64,000 nucleotides of DNA. Origin: Betaproteobacteria bacterium (GTDB taxonomy: Bacteria; Pseudomonadota; Gammaproteobacteria; Burkholderiales; SG8-41). Made by a program: the position numbers and the translations under genes. This document shows positions 25,119-34,924 of this stretch, one piece after another; position 1 is the stretch's first letter; each line of letters begins with the position of its first letter. The stretch lies in the NCBI GenBank assembly GCA_029864385.1, contig JAOTTL010000001.1, positions 101 through 64,100 on the forward strand. Reading direction: 5' to 3'. The notes beneath the pieces were generated by a model. The model did not search any database, was not told the origin of the DNA, and was given only the letters and a program-made list of their open reading frames with translations.

Positions 25119-26120
25119 TTGACCTTCAGCGATACATCCACGCGACAGCGCCTAGCGGAATTCGTCGCGCGCGCCGCCGGCGGGCACGGCGCCGTGATCA
25201 TCTCCCTCGAGCGGATGAGCGGTGGCGCCGTGCAGGAAAACTGGGCGCTCGACGTCAAGCTGGACGGCGAACTCCGGCGCTGGGTGTTGCGCACGGATGC
25301 CAAGGCAACGGTGCGCGAGAGCCTGACGCGCGCGCAGGAATTCGCCGTCCTGAAGATCGCACACGCCGCGAAGGTGCTCGCCCCCGAACCGCTGTTTCTG
25401 TGCAATGACCTGGCCGTCACGGGCCGGCTGTTCTTCATCATGCAGCGGCTGCCCGGCGTCGCCGCGGGCCACAAGGTCACGCGCGATTCGAAGCTGGTGC
25501 CGGACGGTGGAAGTCTCGCGCGCGAGCTTGCCGCGAATCTCGCTCGTCTGCACCGGATTACGCCGGCGCACGCCGGGCTTGGATTCCTGCCAACCATGCT
25601 CGCCCGCGATTGCATTGCTCACTATCGCAGCTACCTCGACACGCTGTCCCATCCCTATCCGGCCCTCGAATGGGGCCTGCGCTGGTGCGAGATCAACGCC
25701 CCGCAACACGAGGACACGACGTTCATCCATCGCGACTATCGCACCGGCAACTACCTGGTCCACGACGGGCATCTCGTGGGCGTCCTCGACTGGGAATTTC
25801 CCGCGTTCGGCAACCCGCTCGAGGACATCGGCTGGCTTTGCGCCCGGTGCTGGCGTTTCGCGCGTCCGGATCTCGCGGTTGGCGGGATCGCCGGCCTCGA
25901 GGATTTCATAGCGGAATACGAGTGGGTGTCGGGCCGACAGGTAGCGCCTGGTGACCTCATCTACTGGCAGGTCATGGCGCACCTGCGCTGGGCGATAATC
26001 GCGCTGCAACAGCTCGAGCGCCACCTGTCGGGGACCGAGCGGTCGCTCGAGCTGGCCCTGACCGGCCATATCGTCGGCCAGACCGAGCTCGAGATACTCA
26101 ACCTCACGGGGGCGCCATGA
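25119..26120 (+). CDS. phosphotransferase family protein (APH/choline-kinase fold)
   Basis: FIHRDYRTGNYLV (Brenner motif HxDxxxxN) and VLDWEF. TTG start. Commonly paired with acyl-CoA dehydrogenase clusters. Confidence 0.8.
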   Translation: MTFSDTSTRQRLAEFVARAAGGHGAVIISLERMSGGAVQENWALDVKLDGELRRWVLRTDAKATVRESLTRAQEFAVLKIAHAAKVLAPEPLFLCNDLAVTGRLFFIMQRLPGVAAGHKVTRDSKLVPDGGSLARELAANLARLHRITPAHAGLGFLPTMLARDCIAHYRSYLDTLSHPYPALEWGLRWCEINAPQHEDTTFIHRDYRTGNYLVHDGHLVGVLDWEFPAFGNPLEDIGWLCARCWRFARPDLAVGGIAGLEDFIAEYEWVSGRQVAPGDLIYWQVMAHLRWAIIALQQLERHLSGTERSLELALTGHIVGQTELEILNLTGAP

Positions 26121-26515
26121 ACGACCGGCCCGATGCGCGCGACCTGCTCGAAATCGCGCGCTATGCCTTTGTCGCCGAAGTGCTGCCTGCCGTCCCGGAG
26201 GCGCTGCGGTATACCGCATTGATGATCGCCAACGCCATCGCGATCGCGCAACGCGAGATCGCGGCGGGTGACGCGCCCCTGCGCGGCGAATACCGGCGTT
26301 TCGCCGGGCTGCTGTCCGGAAATGCCGCCGTACCGGACGGCGACGCGCTCCGCGCGGCAGTGGAGGGCTATAATCGGCGCTTGGCAAACGAGATACGCGC
26401 CGGTCGGTTTGACGGGGAGGAGCGTGCCGCGATGCTCGAACACCTGCGCCGCACGACGGAGGAAAAGCTCGCCGTATCCAACCCCAAAGCGCTGGTCGAT
26501 CCGGCTGGTAAATAG
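26117..26515 (+). CDS. conserved hypothetical protein (DUF6285-like partner of the phosphotransferase)
   Basis: ATGA overlap with the upstream stop suggests translational coupling. PDARDLLEIARYAFVAEVLPAV helical protein. Family call is from memory only. Confidence 0.5.
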   Translation: MNDRPDARDLLEIARYAFVAEVLPAVPEALRYTALMIANAIAIAQREIAAGDAPLRGEYRRFAGLLSGNAAVPDGDALRAAVEGYNRRLANEIRAGRFDGEERAAMLEHLRRTTEEKLAVSNPKALVDPAGK

Positions 26516-26534
26516 CCAGAAGCAACCGCCGACA

Positions 26535-26619
26535 GACGCAGATAAACACAGATACGATCAACGTCCAGGAAACATCGCCTACAAAGGACATTCGGTGTCA
26601 ATCTGCGTTTATCTGCGTC
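26535..26619. repeat. inverted repeat of the CGCAGATAAA word (19-nt arms, ~47-nt spacer)
   Basis: GACGCAGATAAACACAGAT (26535-26553) versus the reverse complement of ATCTGCGTTTATCTGCGTC (26601-26619): 18 of 19 match. Confidence 0.8.
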
Positions 26620-26647
26620 TCCATCCGGTTTTGTGAGGGCATTGCAA

Positions 26648-28249
26648 GTGAGCGTGACCGCCTCCTTCGAGCCGCTCACCCCGACGTCTTTCCTTTTGCG
26701 GTCGGGCCGGATCTACGCGGATCGCACTGCGGTTATCGACGACGCCTACCGCTGCAGCTATGGCGAGTTTCTCGACCGCTGCCTGCGGCTCTCCGGCGCG
26801 CTGCGCAATATGGGTGTTGCCGAAGGCGGGCGGGTCGCGGTGCTCGCGCCCAACACCCGCGTGCTGCTCGAGTCCCATTACGGCGTGCCGTTTGCCGGCG
26901 CCGTGCTGGTGGCGCTCAATCCGCGGCTCACGGCCGCCGAGCTCGCAACGATCGTCGCGCACAGCGGCGCGCAGGTGCTGATCTACGACTACGAGTTCGA
27001 AGCGGCTGCCCAGGATATCGCCGCGCAGGCGGGCGGCGAATTGCGGCTGGTACGGGGCGGGCGGCCCGATGACCAGTACGAGCGGCTGCTCGACAGCGCT
27101 GCTCCATGGCGCCGGCCGGTCGCCGACGAGCGCGGATTGCTCTCGATCAATTACACCAGCGGCACCACGGGCACGCCCAAGGGAGTCATGTATCACCATC
27201 GGGGAGCCTACCTGCAGGCGCTCGCGATGGCGATGGAGACGCAACTCGACTGCGACAGCACGTTCCTGTGGACGCTGCCGATGTTCCACTGCAACGGCTG
27301 GTGCTTTCCGTGGGCCGTCACCGCCGCGGGTGCGGCGCACCTTTGCCTGCGCAGGTTCGATCCGGGGCTGGTGTGGGGCCACTTGCGCGATTCCGGTGTC
27401 ACTCATTTCAATGGCGCGCCCACGATACTCGTCATGCTCGCGTGGCATACGGGCGTGGCGCGGCTGCCCCGACCGGTGCGCGTCGGCACGGGCGGCGCGC
27501 CGCCGACGCCGGCAATCTTGCAGCGCATGGCTGAACTGGGCATGGACGTAACCCAGCTCTACGGGCTTACCGAGACCTTCGGGCCGGCGGTGATCTGCGA
27601 ATGGCGCGGTGAATGGAGCCGGCTTGGGATGGAGGAACAGGCGAGGCTCAAGGCGCGCCAGGGCGTGGGAAACGTGGTTTCGAGCGAAGTGCGCGTCGTC
27701 GATGCGCATGGCAACGACGTGCCCGCCGACGGGGCGACATTAGGGGAAATTGCGCTGCGCGGAAACAACGTGATGCTCGGCTATTACCTGGACGAGATCG
27801 CCACCCGCAAGGCCGTGCCGGACGGCTGGTTCAGGACCGGAGATCTCGGCGTGATGCATTCCTACGGCTACGTCGAGATCAAGGACCGGTCCAAGGACAT
27901 CATCGTGTCGGGCGGCGAGAACGTCGCCTCGATCGATATCGAGCGCGTCTTGTGCTCCCATCCAGCGGTGATGGAAGCCGCGGTGGTTGCCGGGCCCGAT
28001 CCCAAATGGGGCGAGGTGCCGGTCGCATTCGTCACGCTCAAGACCGGTGCCGCCGCGAGCGAAGCCGATTTGGTCGCCCACGCGCGCGAGCGCATGGCGC
28101 ACTTTAAGGCGCCGAAGCGGATCGTGTTCAGCGAGCTGCCGAAGAACGCGACGGGCAAGATCCAGAAGTTCGTGCTGCGCGAGCGCGTGCGGGAGCTGAT
28201 GAAGGCGGAAACGCAACCGCCGACGAAGACCAGCCCAAGAATCATTTAG
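26648..28249 (+). CDS. acyl-CoA synthetase / AMP-dependent ligase
   Basis: AMP-binding motifs INYTSGTTGTPKGV, TGDLGVMHSYGYVEIKDRSKDIIVSGGENV, PKNATGKIQK. GTG 26648 follows GAGGG. The track ORF starts at 26633. Confidence 0.85.
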   Translation: MSVTASFEPLTPTSFLLRSGRIYADRTAVIDDAYRCSYGEFLDRCLRLSGALRNMGVAEGGRVAVLAPNTRVLLESHYGVPFAGAVLVALNPRLTAAELATIVAHSGAQVLIYDYEFEAAAQDIAAQAGGELRLVRGGRPDDQYERLLDSAAPWRRPVADERGLLSINYTSGTTGTPKGVMYHHRGAYLQALAMAMETQLDCDSTFLWTLPMFHCNGWCFPWAVTAAGAAHLCLRRFDPGLVWGHLRDSGVTHFNGAPTILVMLAWHTGVARLPRPVRVGTGGAPPTPAILQRMAELGMDVTQLYGLTETFGPAVICEWRGEWSRLGMEEQARLKARQGVGNVVSSEVRVVDAHGNDVPADGATLGEIALRGNNVMLGYYLDEIATRKAVPDGWFRTGDLGVMHSYGYVEIKDRSKDIIVSGGENVASIDIERVLCSHPAVMEAAVVAGPDPKWGEVPVAFVTLKTGAAASEADLVAHARERMAHFKAPKRIVFSELPKNATGKIQKFVLRERVRELMKAETQPPTKTSPRII

Positions 28250-28410
28250 CCGCGGATAAACGCAGATAAACGCAGATCGAAAACAATACAGAACCGCCAA
28301 ACAAGACAACAGCAATAAATGAACCGCGGAGACGCGGAGAGAAACAAACGACAATTCACGAATCACGATAGTTAGGGCCGCCGGTCACGTCAAGACATGT
28401 GTCACGACAA
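28247..28410. repeat. mosaic element: TAGCCGCGGATAAACGCAGATAAACGCAGAT, GAACCGC(G/C)RAGACGC module, TTCACGAATCACGA
   Basis: Read directly. The stop codon TAG of the acyl-CoA synthetase is its first triplet. Confidence 0.8.
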
Positions 28411-28491
28411 AGTGCAGAGCCGCATTTCTTCCCCGTTCCCGTCGGCGTTTAATTCCCCATCGACGCTTCCAATTTGCTTCTGAGACTGCTC

Positions 28492-29688
28492 ATGGACTTT
28501 ACGCTGCCCCCGCCTATCGAGGACTACCGCAAGCGCTATCGCAGTTTCGTCGCCGAGCACCTGATTCCGCTCGAGCAGGACGCGGGCGCGTACGATGACC
28601 ACGAGAACATCCGCCTCGACGTGCTGGAGAAACTGCGCGCCGAGGCGAAAGCGGCAGGCTTGTGGACGCCGCAGATGCCGAAAGAGCGTGGGGGCCAGGG
28701 ACTGCCGGTCGTGGGTATGGCGGCATGCTACGAGGAGATGAACTACTCGATATTCGGGCCCGCCACTTTCAACTGCGCTGCACCCGACGACGGCAACATG
28801 ATCGCGCTGAACAAGATCGGGACTGAGGAGCAGAAAGCACGCTGGTTGCAGCCCATCGTGGACGGTAAGGTACGCTCCTCGATCGTGATGACCGAGCCCG
28901 CGCCCGGCGCGGGGTCCGATCCGGGCATGATGCTCACGACCGCGGAGAAGAGGGGCGACCAATGGATCGTCCGCGGCCGCAAGTGGTTCATCACCGGTGC
29001 GGGCTTCGCGCAGCATTTCATCCTGATCGCAAAGACTTCCAGCGACAAGCGCAAGGGGCTCACCGCTTTTCTGTTTGACCGCGACCAGCCGGGCTGGCGC
29101 ATTGTGCGGCGCATACCTGTCATGGGGCCGGAGGAGCACGGCGGGCATTGCGAGATGGAGTTCGACGGCCTGGAGATTCCAGACGAGAACCGGCTGATGA
29201 ACGTCGGCGACGGGCTGAAGGTCACGCAGATCAGGCTGGGCACCGCACGGCTCACCCATTGCATGCGCTGGCTGGGCCTCGCCCGGCGTTCAATGGACAT
29301 TGCCGGGGAATACGTTTCGCAGCGTGATGCCCTGGGCAGCAAGCTCGCCGAGCGCGAGAGCGTGCAATGGCTCCTCGGCGATGCGGCGATGCAGATCGAG
29401 ATCGGGCGGCTGCTGGTCATGCGCGCGGCGGCGAAGCTCGACAGAGGCGAGTTCGCTCGCAAGGAAATATCGATGGCGAAGATCGCGGTGGCCGATGTGC
29501 TGCACAAGGCCGTGGACACGGCGATCCAGTTGAACGGCGCGCGCGGCTACTCGAAGGACACGATACTCGAATGGATCTACCGTTACGCGCGGCAGGCGCG
29601 GCTCGTGGACGGTGCTTCTGAAGTGCATCGCATGGTGCTCGCGCGGTTTTACATGGAGGAGCGCAACGATTTCTGGTCCTGGAAGTGA
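28492..29688 (+). CDS. acyl-CoA dehydrogenase family protein
   Basis: MDFTLPPPIEDYRKRYRSFV start, VMTEPAPGAGSDPG, and C-terminal YRYARQARLVDGASEVHR pattern typical of ACADs. Confidence 0.85.
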   Translation: MDFTLPPPIEDYRKRYRSFVAEHLIPLEQDAGAYDDHENIRLDVLEKLRAEAKAAGLWTPQMPKERGGQGLPVVGMAACYEEMNYSIFGPATFNCAAPDDGNMIALNKIGTEEQKARWLQPIVDGKVRSSIVMTEPAPGAGSDPGMMLTTAEKRGDQWIVRGRKWFITGAGFAQHFILIAKTSSDKRKGLTAFLFDRDQPGWRIVRRIPVMGPEEHGGHCEMEFDGLEIPDENRLMNVGDGLKVTQIRLGTARLTHCMRWLGLARRSMDIAGEYVSQRDALGSKLAERESVQWLLGDAAMQIEIGRLLVMRAAAKLDRGEFARKEISMAKIAVADVLHKAVDTAIQLNGARGYSKDTILEWIYRYARQARLVDGASEVHRMVLARFYMEERNDFWSWK

Positions 29689-29728
29689 CGCCAGCCATCA
29701 ACATCAATAGAGTCAGACACCATTTAAC

Positions 29729-29876
29729 GTGACGGGTGACAGGTGATGGGCTTTAACTTCATGACTCGTCACTCGTCACTCGTCACTCGTCACTCGTCAC
29801 TCGTCAGTCGTCACTCATTACTTGTCACGCCCTATGAAGCCGCCGTTAGTCGACACTTCTTCAGCACTAGCCACCA
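29729..29876. repeat. mosaic element: GTGACGGGTGACAGGTGATGG left, (TCACTCG)x5-6, inverted GTGACTGGTGGCTAGTGCTGAAGAAGTG module right
   Basis: Read directly. The right end is the reverse complement of 6594-6625 with few mismatches. Confidence 0.85.
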
Positions 29877-29907
29877 GTCACGCTTTAACAGATTTGGAGG
29901 GGTAACC

Positions 29908-30159
29908 ATGACGAAGCGAGGCCGAACCAGAGCGAAGGATCCCGCGCGGCCGATCAGGACGAAGCGCGACCACGAAGGTGCCGCAGCCGTGGCCAAGACA
30001 ATGTCCGGTCAGGCCGACCGGGATTCCGCCGCAGAACTGCGTCTGCAATCGCTACTCCGGAAACTGGACGAGTTCGACGAGTCGGAAGACCACGCACGCG
30101 CCGACTTCCCAGAGGACCAGGAATACTTAGGACCCCGCCGGCGCTGGTCGGACGACTGA
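29908..30159 (+). CDS. hypothetical small protein (weak resemblance to the N-terminal helper region of HigA-like antitoxins, no HTH)
   Basis: ATG 29908 after GGAGGGG. PIRTKRDHEGAAAVAKTMSG...LRLQSLLRKLDEFDE. The longer track ORF (29743) reads through TCACTCG repeats. Confidence 0.35.
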   Translation: MTKRGRTRAKDPARPIRTKRDHEGAAAVAKTMSGQADRDSAAELRLQSLLRKLDEFDESEDHARADFPEDQEYLGPRRRWSDD

Positions 30160-30242
30160 GTTACTGAAGGCGGAAGGCCGTGCACCAGAACTGGTGATAG
30201 GAACTGGTGGTGGAGATCCTGGTGATGTGTACTCGTGATGAG
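30160..30242 (+). repeat. short mosaic: CTGAAGGCGGAAGGCC then CTGGTGAT-type words
   Basis: Shares CTGAAGGC(R)GAAGG with 20672. Confidence 0.55.
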
Positions 30243-30393
30243 GCGGGCAACGCACTTTTCCATCACCATTATTCGTCGCTCCTTGGCAGGAAATCTGGTG
30301 GCTAGTGCACGCGAGCCTGCCGCTCACGCAACGCTACGCACCCGACATCGCCCGCAACTATCAGATCGCACCCCCAGTCCGGCTCGCCCGCAC

Positions 30394-33300
30394 TCAACGC
30401 CACTTGCGGACAGCGGCCGTCAGAAATCCGGCGAGCCCGTCATTTGCAACCGGTGACCGATCGCGTCTTCCCGCCGCGTGATCGAGCACCTGTTGAACGT
30501 GGACGTCCACCTGTCGCAGAACCGAAGGCGACACCGCATAGCCGTCGCTCTCATAGGTCAGGATCGGCATTCCACGCTGAAGGCTGACCGGCCTGAGGAT
30601 GGCCTCGGAAATCCGATACGGGAGGCAGTTGAACGGTCCGATGACGATGATGCCATCGTAGCCGTCCCTGTTGGCATCGAGACCCTTGCCCACGGTCGGG
30701 GTGATTTCTCCGTAGATAGCATGGGAAACGTGCTCGGAGGCCCCCTCGAACAAGGACGAAACGTCGTTGGGGCCAGCGACCAGCAGCCCCGTCTTGCGAA
30801 ACAGCCTGCGGTAGTAGTCCTCGACCAGTCGTCCCGTCTGATAGGTGAGCCACTTCTGCAAATAGTGCTTGCCATCCCGTTGCAGGACCCTGGTGCAGGC
30901 CTTGCCGAGTGCCAACCCGCCCGGCTTCATCCCCCAGCCGTTGGCAGTTTCTGCCACACGGTAATAGTCGAGATAGAGCAGAAGCTCACTCAAATCGACC
31001 GGCTTGAGAATGATGCCCCGTTCGGCATAAAGGTCGGTGACGCCTTCCATGAAAAACGGACTGAATCGGGTGAAAAAGTCGCCGGTGACCACGACCCGTG
31101 GACAAGTCAAAGGGTCTCGAGTGCGCGGCAATGCCGCCAGCCGATCGATGAATCCGGGCAGTTCGGCGTGGAACTCGTCAAGTGATCGCGTCGCAACGGC
31201 GAAGCGCCGCCATTCCTCTCGAAGCCGATCCACGCTGCCGCGGACGCCCACGACCTGAAGCACATGATCGATCTCCACGAGAATGTCCGCCGCGAGGATC
31301 GCTGATGCCAGACACCGCGCGAACGTCGTCTTATCGGATCCGACGCTGCCTTCTTCGGCCTGAAGACTCAGCAGGAATAGATCGGGCAGCTGCTGATCGG
31401 TGATGAACTGCTCGATGTAGCCCTTGTAGGATTCACTGACGCAAGGTGCTCCGCCGGGAATCATGTAGAAGCCCGCGATCTCGCCGGGCCCGCGGTTCTC
31501 GTGGATTTGCAGCAACTGCCCGACGCAGATCGGTAGCGGGAGGCACTCGCGGCCCGAGGTGTAGTGAAGGCCCCGGTCGAGCTGACTCCGCCCGAGCGTG
31601 ATCACCTCGCCGGCGTGCAGGCCCAACCAGCTGGTGGCCATGGCCAGGGCTTGGGCGTGGTATTGGGAGAAGTTGGGAAAATACAGCCTCACCCGGGGGT
31701 CGGTAATCGGCACCTGCTCGCCATTCGATCGGATGACCTGGCCGCCCGCTGTGAGCCGGCAAGGTGTGAACGACTGGGCGCGGCCCGCTTGCGCTTCCCG
31801 GTAGTTGTTGGCGATGTCGAGAAATGCCTCCAGCCTCGTTTGCACTCCGGCGTCGGCGGTATGGGCGTCGATCTCGAGGATGAGGTACGGTTTTGCGCCC
31901 ATTTCGGAGGCGACCATTGCGTGGGTGAATGCGTCGATGGTGCAGCTGAAATTGCTCACGCAAAGAATAAACAGGTTGGGATGTTGCTTGGCCAACGCCA
32001 CGGCATTCAGGATCTGGTTAGCAAAGTGCCACGCGGTGGGTCCTTCTCCGACGGGCGGGAGGCAGTCGGCGGGAATCACGGGCACGCCCATGCTGGAGAG
32101 TTTCTTGCCGACCGATTGGGAAGCATCCGGTGTGAAGGCGTTGTAGCTGTGCCCGGCAAGCAGGATCGCCGGTTTTCCCGCCGCCACGGCTTGATCGAGA
32201 GCCCGTTGCCCAAGATTGGCCAGGGCGCGCTCTGCTTCCCTCTGGGCATGTACTGCCGCCGCCCAAGCCTGGTCGACCGATTCGCGCCGGATTCCGAACT
32301 CGCGCACGATCAATTCTGCCAGCGGCGCACTGGCTTCGTAGCCGTCGGTGAAATCCAGTACGGGAGAGAGCAGGCGCACGGCGGGAAACGCCTTGGCCAG
32401 AAAATAAGGCCCGGCCTGGGTGATCGGACACAGGTAGGAATCTCGGCAAGTGTCGGGCTGGCGGGGCATGCGCACCACGTGCGGGAGGAAGACCCAGTCC
32501 ACGCCGCGCCGCGAGAGGTCTAGCACCGCGCCGTGCGCGATCTGCGCAGGGAAGCAGAAGCCGGAATTCGATTTCAGATCGCCGCTCGGGTCAACGTCGG
32601 ACAGCACCACCTCCATCCCCAGGCTGGAAAAGAACACCGAGTAGAGCGGGAACAGCGAATGCGTCGTCAGCGCCCGCGGAATGCCGATGCGTGTCCCACT
32701 GGACACCGGTTCGGCGCTGGAGCAGCCGAAGAGTATCTCGGCCCTCTGCTGCACCAGATCGGGGGTCGCGACGCTACTGGATTTTCTCTTCCATACGTTC
32801 TCGAACAGGCTGCAGCGACCACCGAACGGGAAGCGCCGCCCGGCCACCTCGAACCGGTCGATGCTGCAGTTGAGCGTGCAGGCCCGACACGTGACGCGAC
32901 CGACGAGCTTCATCTCCGGCGCCGCCAGAGTGAGCAGGTCAGCTCCGCTGTCCGGCGCCCGTTCTGGTTGCGGACTTTCCTCTGTAGAGGAGTGCTCGCA
33001 CTCCGGAAGTGGCTTGAGTGCGCCGCCGCGGCGCGCAAGCGCCAGCAGTGCGACACCCAGTGCTCCGAGCAATTCCGGATTGGGCGGGATCAATACCTGG
33101 TGGCTCACACTATGGGCGAAGGCATACCCGAGCGCGCGGTTCAGAGCGACCCCGCCCTGCAGGAACACCTTCTTGCCGACGCTGCGCGGCCCCTTGACCC
33201 GGTTGAGGTAGTTGCCGGCGATGGCGTAGACCAGCCCGCTGACGATGTTGTCGCGCGATTGGCCCTGCTGTTGGGCGACGCGTATATCGGAGTTGATGAA

Positions 33301-34695
33301 TGCCGCGCAGGTTGCCTTGAAGTGTACCGGGGAAGGAGCCGCTAAAGCGATGTCAGCGATGTCAGACACGGTGATGCCGAGATCGCTCTGGGCGCACTCC
33401 TCAAGGAACGAGCCGGTGCCGGCGGAGCAGGCGTTGTTCATCGCGTAGTCGATGGGGACGCCGTTCCGCAGGTAGATGTACTTGGCATCCTGTCCGCCGA
33501 TCTCGAAAATCGTGTCCACATCGGCGTCGAAGTGCGTCGCCCCCGCGGCATGGGCCGAAATCTCGTTGTAAACATACTCGGTGCCCAAATAGGCTCCCGC
33601 GAGCTCCCGCGCCGAGCCGGTAGTGCCCTCGAGGCCGACGTGGCGGTTGCCGACCTGAGCAACGAGCGCCCGCAGGCATTCGCGCACGGCTGCTATGGGA
33701 TCACCCCGTGTTCTCGTGTAATGCGAGGCCACCACGTTGCGCGTCGTGGGATCGAGAAGGATCGCCTTGGTTGTGGTCGATCCGGCGTCCACTCCCAAGA
33801 CGAGCGGACCGGCGGGAGGAGGCTGCCGGGCTGGCGCGGCGATGACCTGCACGCGCTCGGCATACTGATTGAGCGGCGGGAGACTGCCAAGCGGCGACTG
33901 GCGCAGAATCCTCGGAGACCGGTAGAGTGGATTGTCCCGCGCGAGCAGGGCGCTGCCCCAAGCCTCGAACCAGGCACTCTCCGGCAGCACGACAAACTGC
34001 GTCGCGGATACCTTCTCTCGCAGCGCCGCCAGCATCGCCGTGTTGCGTGTCATGCCACCGATCACAAGCACCCGCCGCAGTTCACGCTGAACTTTTTCCA
34101 GGAGCGCAACCACCTTGTTGGCCATGCTGTCGTGCAGTGTCCGCAGGATGTCCTCGGCGCTAGCCTCCTTCCGGTTGAGCTTGTGCGTGATATCCGATTT
34201 GCAGTGAACCGAGCAGCGTGAAGCGAGCGGCACGACGTTGCCGCCGACTGAGCGCGCGATCGCTTCGTCTATTCCGAGCCCCATCCGGCCGATCTGCTGC
34301 ACGAAGAACTCCCCGCTTCCCGCAGCACACTTGTTATGCGACAGGACATTGGAAATCCGGCCGTGCTCGAGGATGTAGACGAGAAAGGACTCTCCACCCA
34401 GGGAAACCACCGCGTCAAACTCGCCCGCCACCTCACGTAACGCCCGCTGGATTGCGGCGACTTCGGCAATATGCCCCAGATGACCGGACACGCCAAAATA
34501 CGCTGCCGGGGAAAACTCCGTGCTGGCAAGCAACTCGTCAAGAACTTTCAGCGGACGGCCCTGGTGGGCAAGTACTCGGGCGCTCCGGGTGTCGCCTCGT
34601 ATGGCTGCAACCTTCACCGTTAGGGCGCCGACGTTCACGCCGACGTAAGACGTCGCGGGGTTGGCCGTGCCGATATCGATACCGGTGATCATCAT
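30394..34695 (-). CDS. fused 2-hydroxyacyl-CoA dehydratase activator-type ATPase (two BcrAD/BadFG modules) plus dehydratase/DUF2229-like domains
   Basis: 1433-aa ORF. Module 1: ITGIDIGT ... NKCAAGSGEFF. Module 2: LGVDAGSTTTKAILLD ... EIGGQDAKYIYL ... NNACSAGTGSFLEE. C-terminal ~850 aa carry Cys motifs (CPITQAGPYF, VSNFSCTIDAF) like the CoA-enzyme-activase associated domain. Confidence 0.8.
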   Translation of the reverse strand: MMITGIDIGTANPATSYVGVNVGALTVKVAAIRGDTRSARVLAHQGRPLKVLDELLASTEFSPAAYFGVSGHLGHIAEVAAIQRALREVAGEFDAVVSLGGESFLVYILEHGRISNVLSHNKCAAGSGEFFVQQIGRMGLGIDEAIARSVGGNVVPLASRCSVHCKSDITHKLNRKEASAEDILRTLHDSMANKVVALLEKVQRELRRVLVIGGMTRNTAMLAALREKVSATQFVVLPESAWFEAWGSALLARDNPLYRSPRILRQSPLGSLPPLNQYAERVQVIAAPARQPPPAGPLVLGVDAGSTTTKAILLDPTTRNVVASHYTRTRGDPIAAVRECLRALVAQVGNRHVGLEGTTGSARELAGAYLGTEYVYNEISAHAAGATHFDADVDTIFEIGGQDAKYIYLRNGVPIDYAMNNACSAGTGSFLEECAQSDLGITVSDIADIALAAPSPVHFKATCAAFINSDIRVAQQQGQSRDNIVSGLVYAIAGNYLNRVKGPRSVGKKVFLQGGVALNRALGYAFAHSVSHQVLIPPNPELLGALGVALLALARRGGALKPLPECEHSSTEESPQPERAPDSGADLLTLAAPEMKLVGRVTCRACTLNCSIDRFEVAGRRFPFGGRCSLFENVWKRKSSSVATPDLVQQRAEILFGCSSAEPVSSGTRIGIPRALTTHSLFPLYSVFFSSLGMEVVLSDVDPSGDLKSNSGFCFPAQIAHGAVLDLSRRGVDWVFLPHVVRMPRQPDTCRDSYLCPITQAGPYFLAKAFPAVRLLSPVLDFTDGYEASAPLAELIVREFGIRRESVDQAWAAAVHAQREAERALANLGQRALDQAVAAGKPAILLAGHSYNAFTPDASQSVGKKLSSMGVPVIPADCLPPVGEGPTAWHFANQILNAVALAKQHPNLFILCVSNFSCTIDAFTHAMVASEMGAKPYLILEIDAHTADAGVQTRLEAFLDIANNYREAQAGRAQSFTPCRLTAGGQVIRSNGEQVPITDPRVRLYFPNFSQYHAQALAMATSWLGLHAGEVITLGRSQLDRGLHYTSGRECLPLPICVGQLLQIHENRGPGEIAGFYMIPGGAPCVSESYKGYIEQFITDQQLPDLFLLSLQAEEGSVGSDKTTFARCLASAILAADILVEIDHVLQVVGVRGSVDRLREEWRRFAVATRSLDEFHAELPGFIDRLAALPRTRDPLTCPRVVVTGDFFTRFSPFFMEGVTDLYAERGIILKPVDLSELLLYLDYYRVAETANGWGMKPGGLALGKACTRVLQRDGKHYLQKWLTYQTGRLVEDYYRRLFRKTGLLVAGPNDVSSLFEGASEHVSHAIYGEITPTVGKGLDANRDGYDGIIVIGPFNCLPYRISEAILRPVSLQRGMPILTYESDGYAVSPSVLRQVDVHVQQVLDHAAGRRDRSPVANDGLAGFLTAAVRKWR

Positions 34696-34844
34696 GTCGG
34701 TGAGCCTCTTTGGAACGTGCCCACAGCCAGCCCATACCGCACCGGCGGGAAATCATTCTGTAACTTGAAAAAACGTTAGCGCGGAACCGCCGCAGATCGT
34801 TTGATATAGCTCAATCTTCAACGATTTTAATCAAAGAATTAAAG

Positions 34845-34861
34845 GGGCCAGGCTCGAATTT
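34845..34861 (+). repeat. REP-like unit GGGGCCAGGCTCGAATT about 64 nt upstream of the RAYT-type remnant
   Basis: TTAAAGGGGCCAGGCTCGAATTTTCC is almost identical to 21326-21351. Confidence 0.75.
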
Positions 34862-34924
34862 TCCTGGAGTTCTGTCTACCGTAGGTGGGAGTAGGGCGTT
34901 TAAGGAGCAAACGACCGTGCCTCC

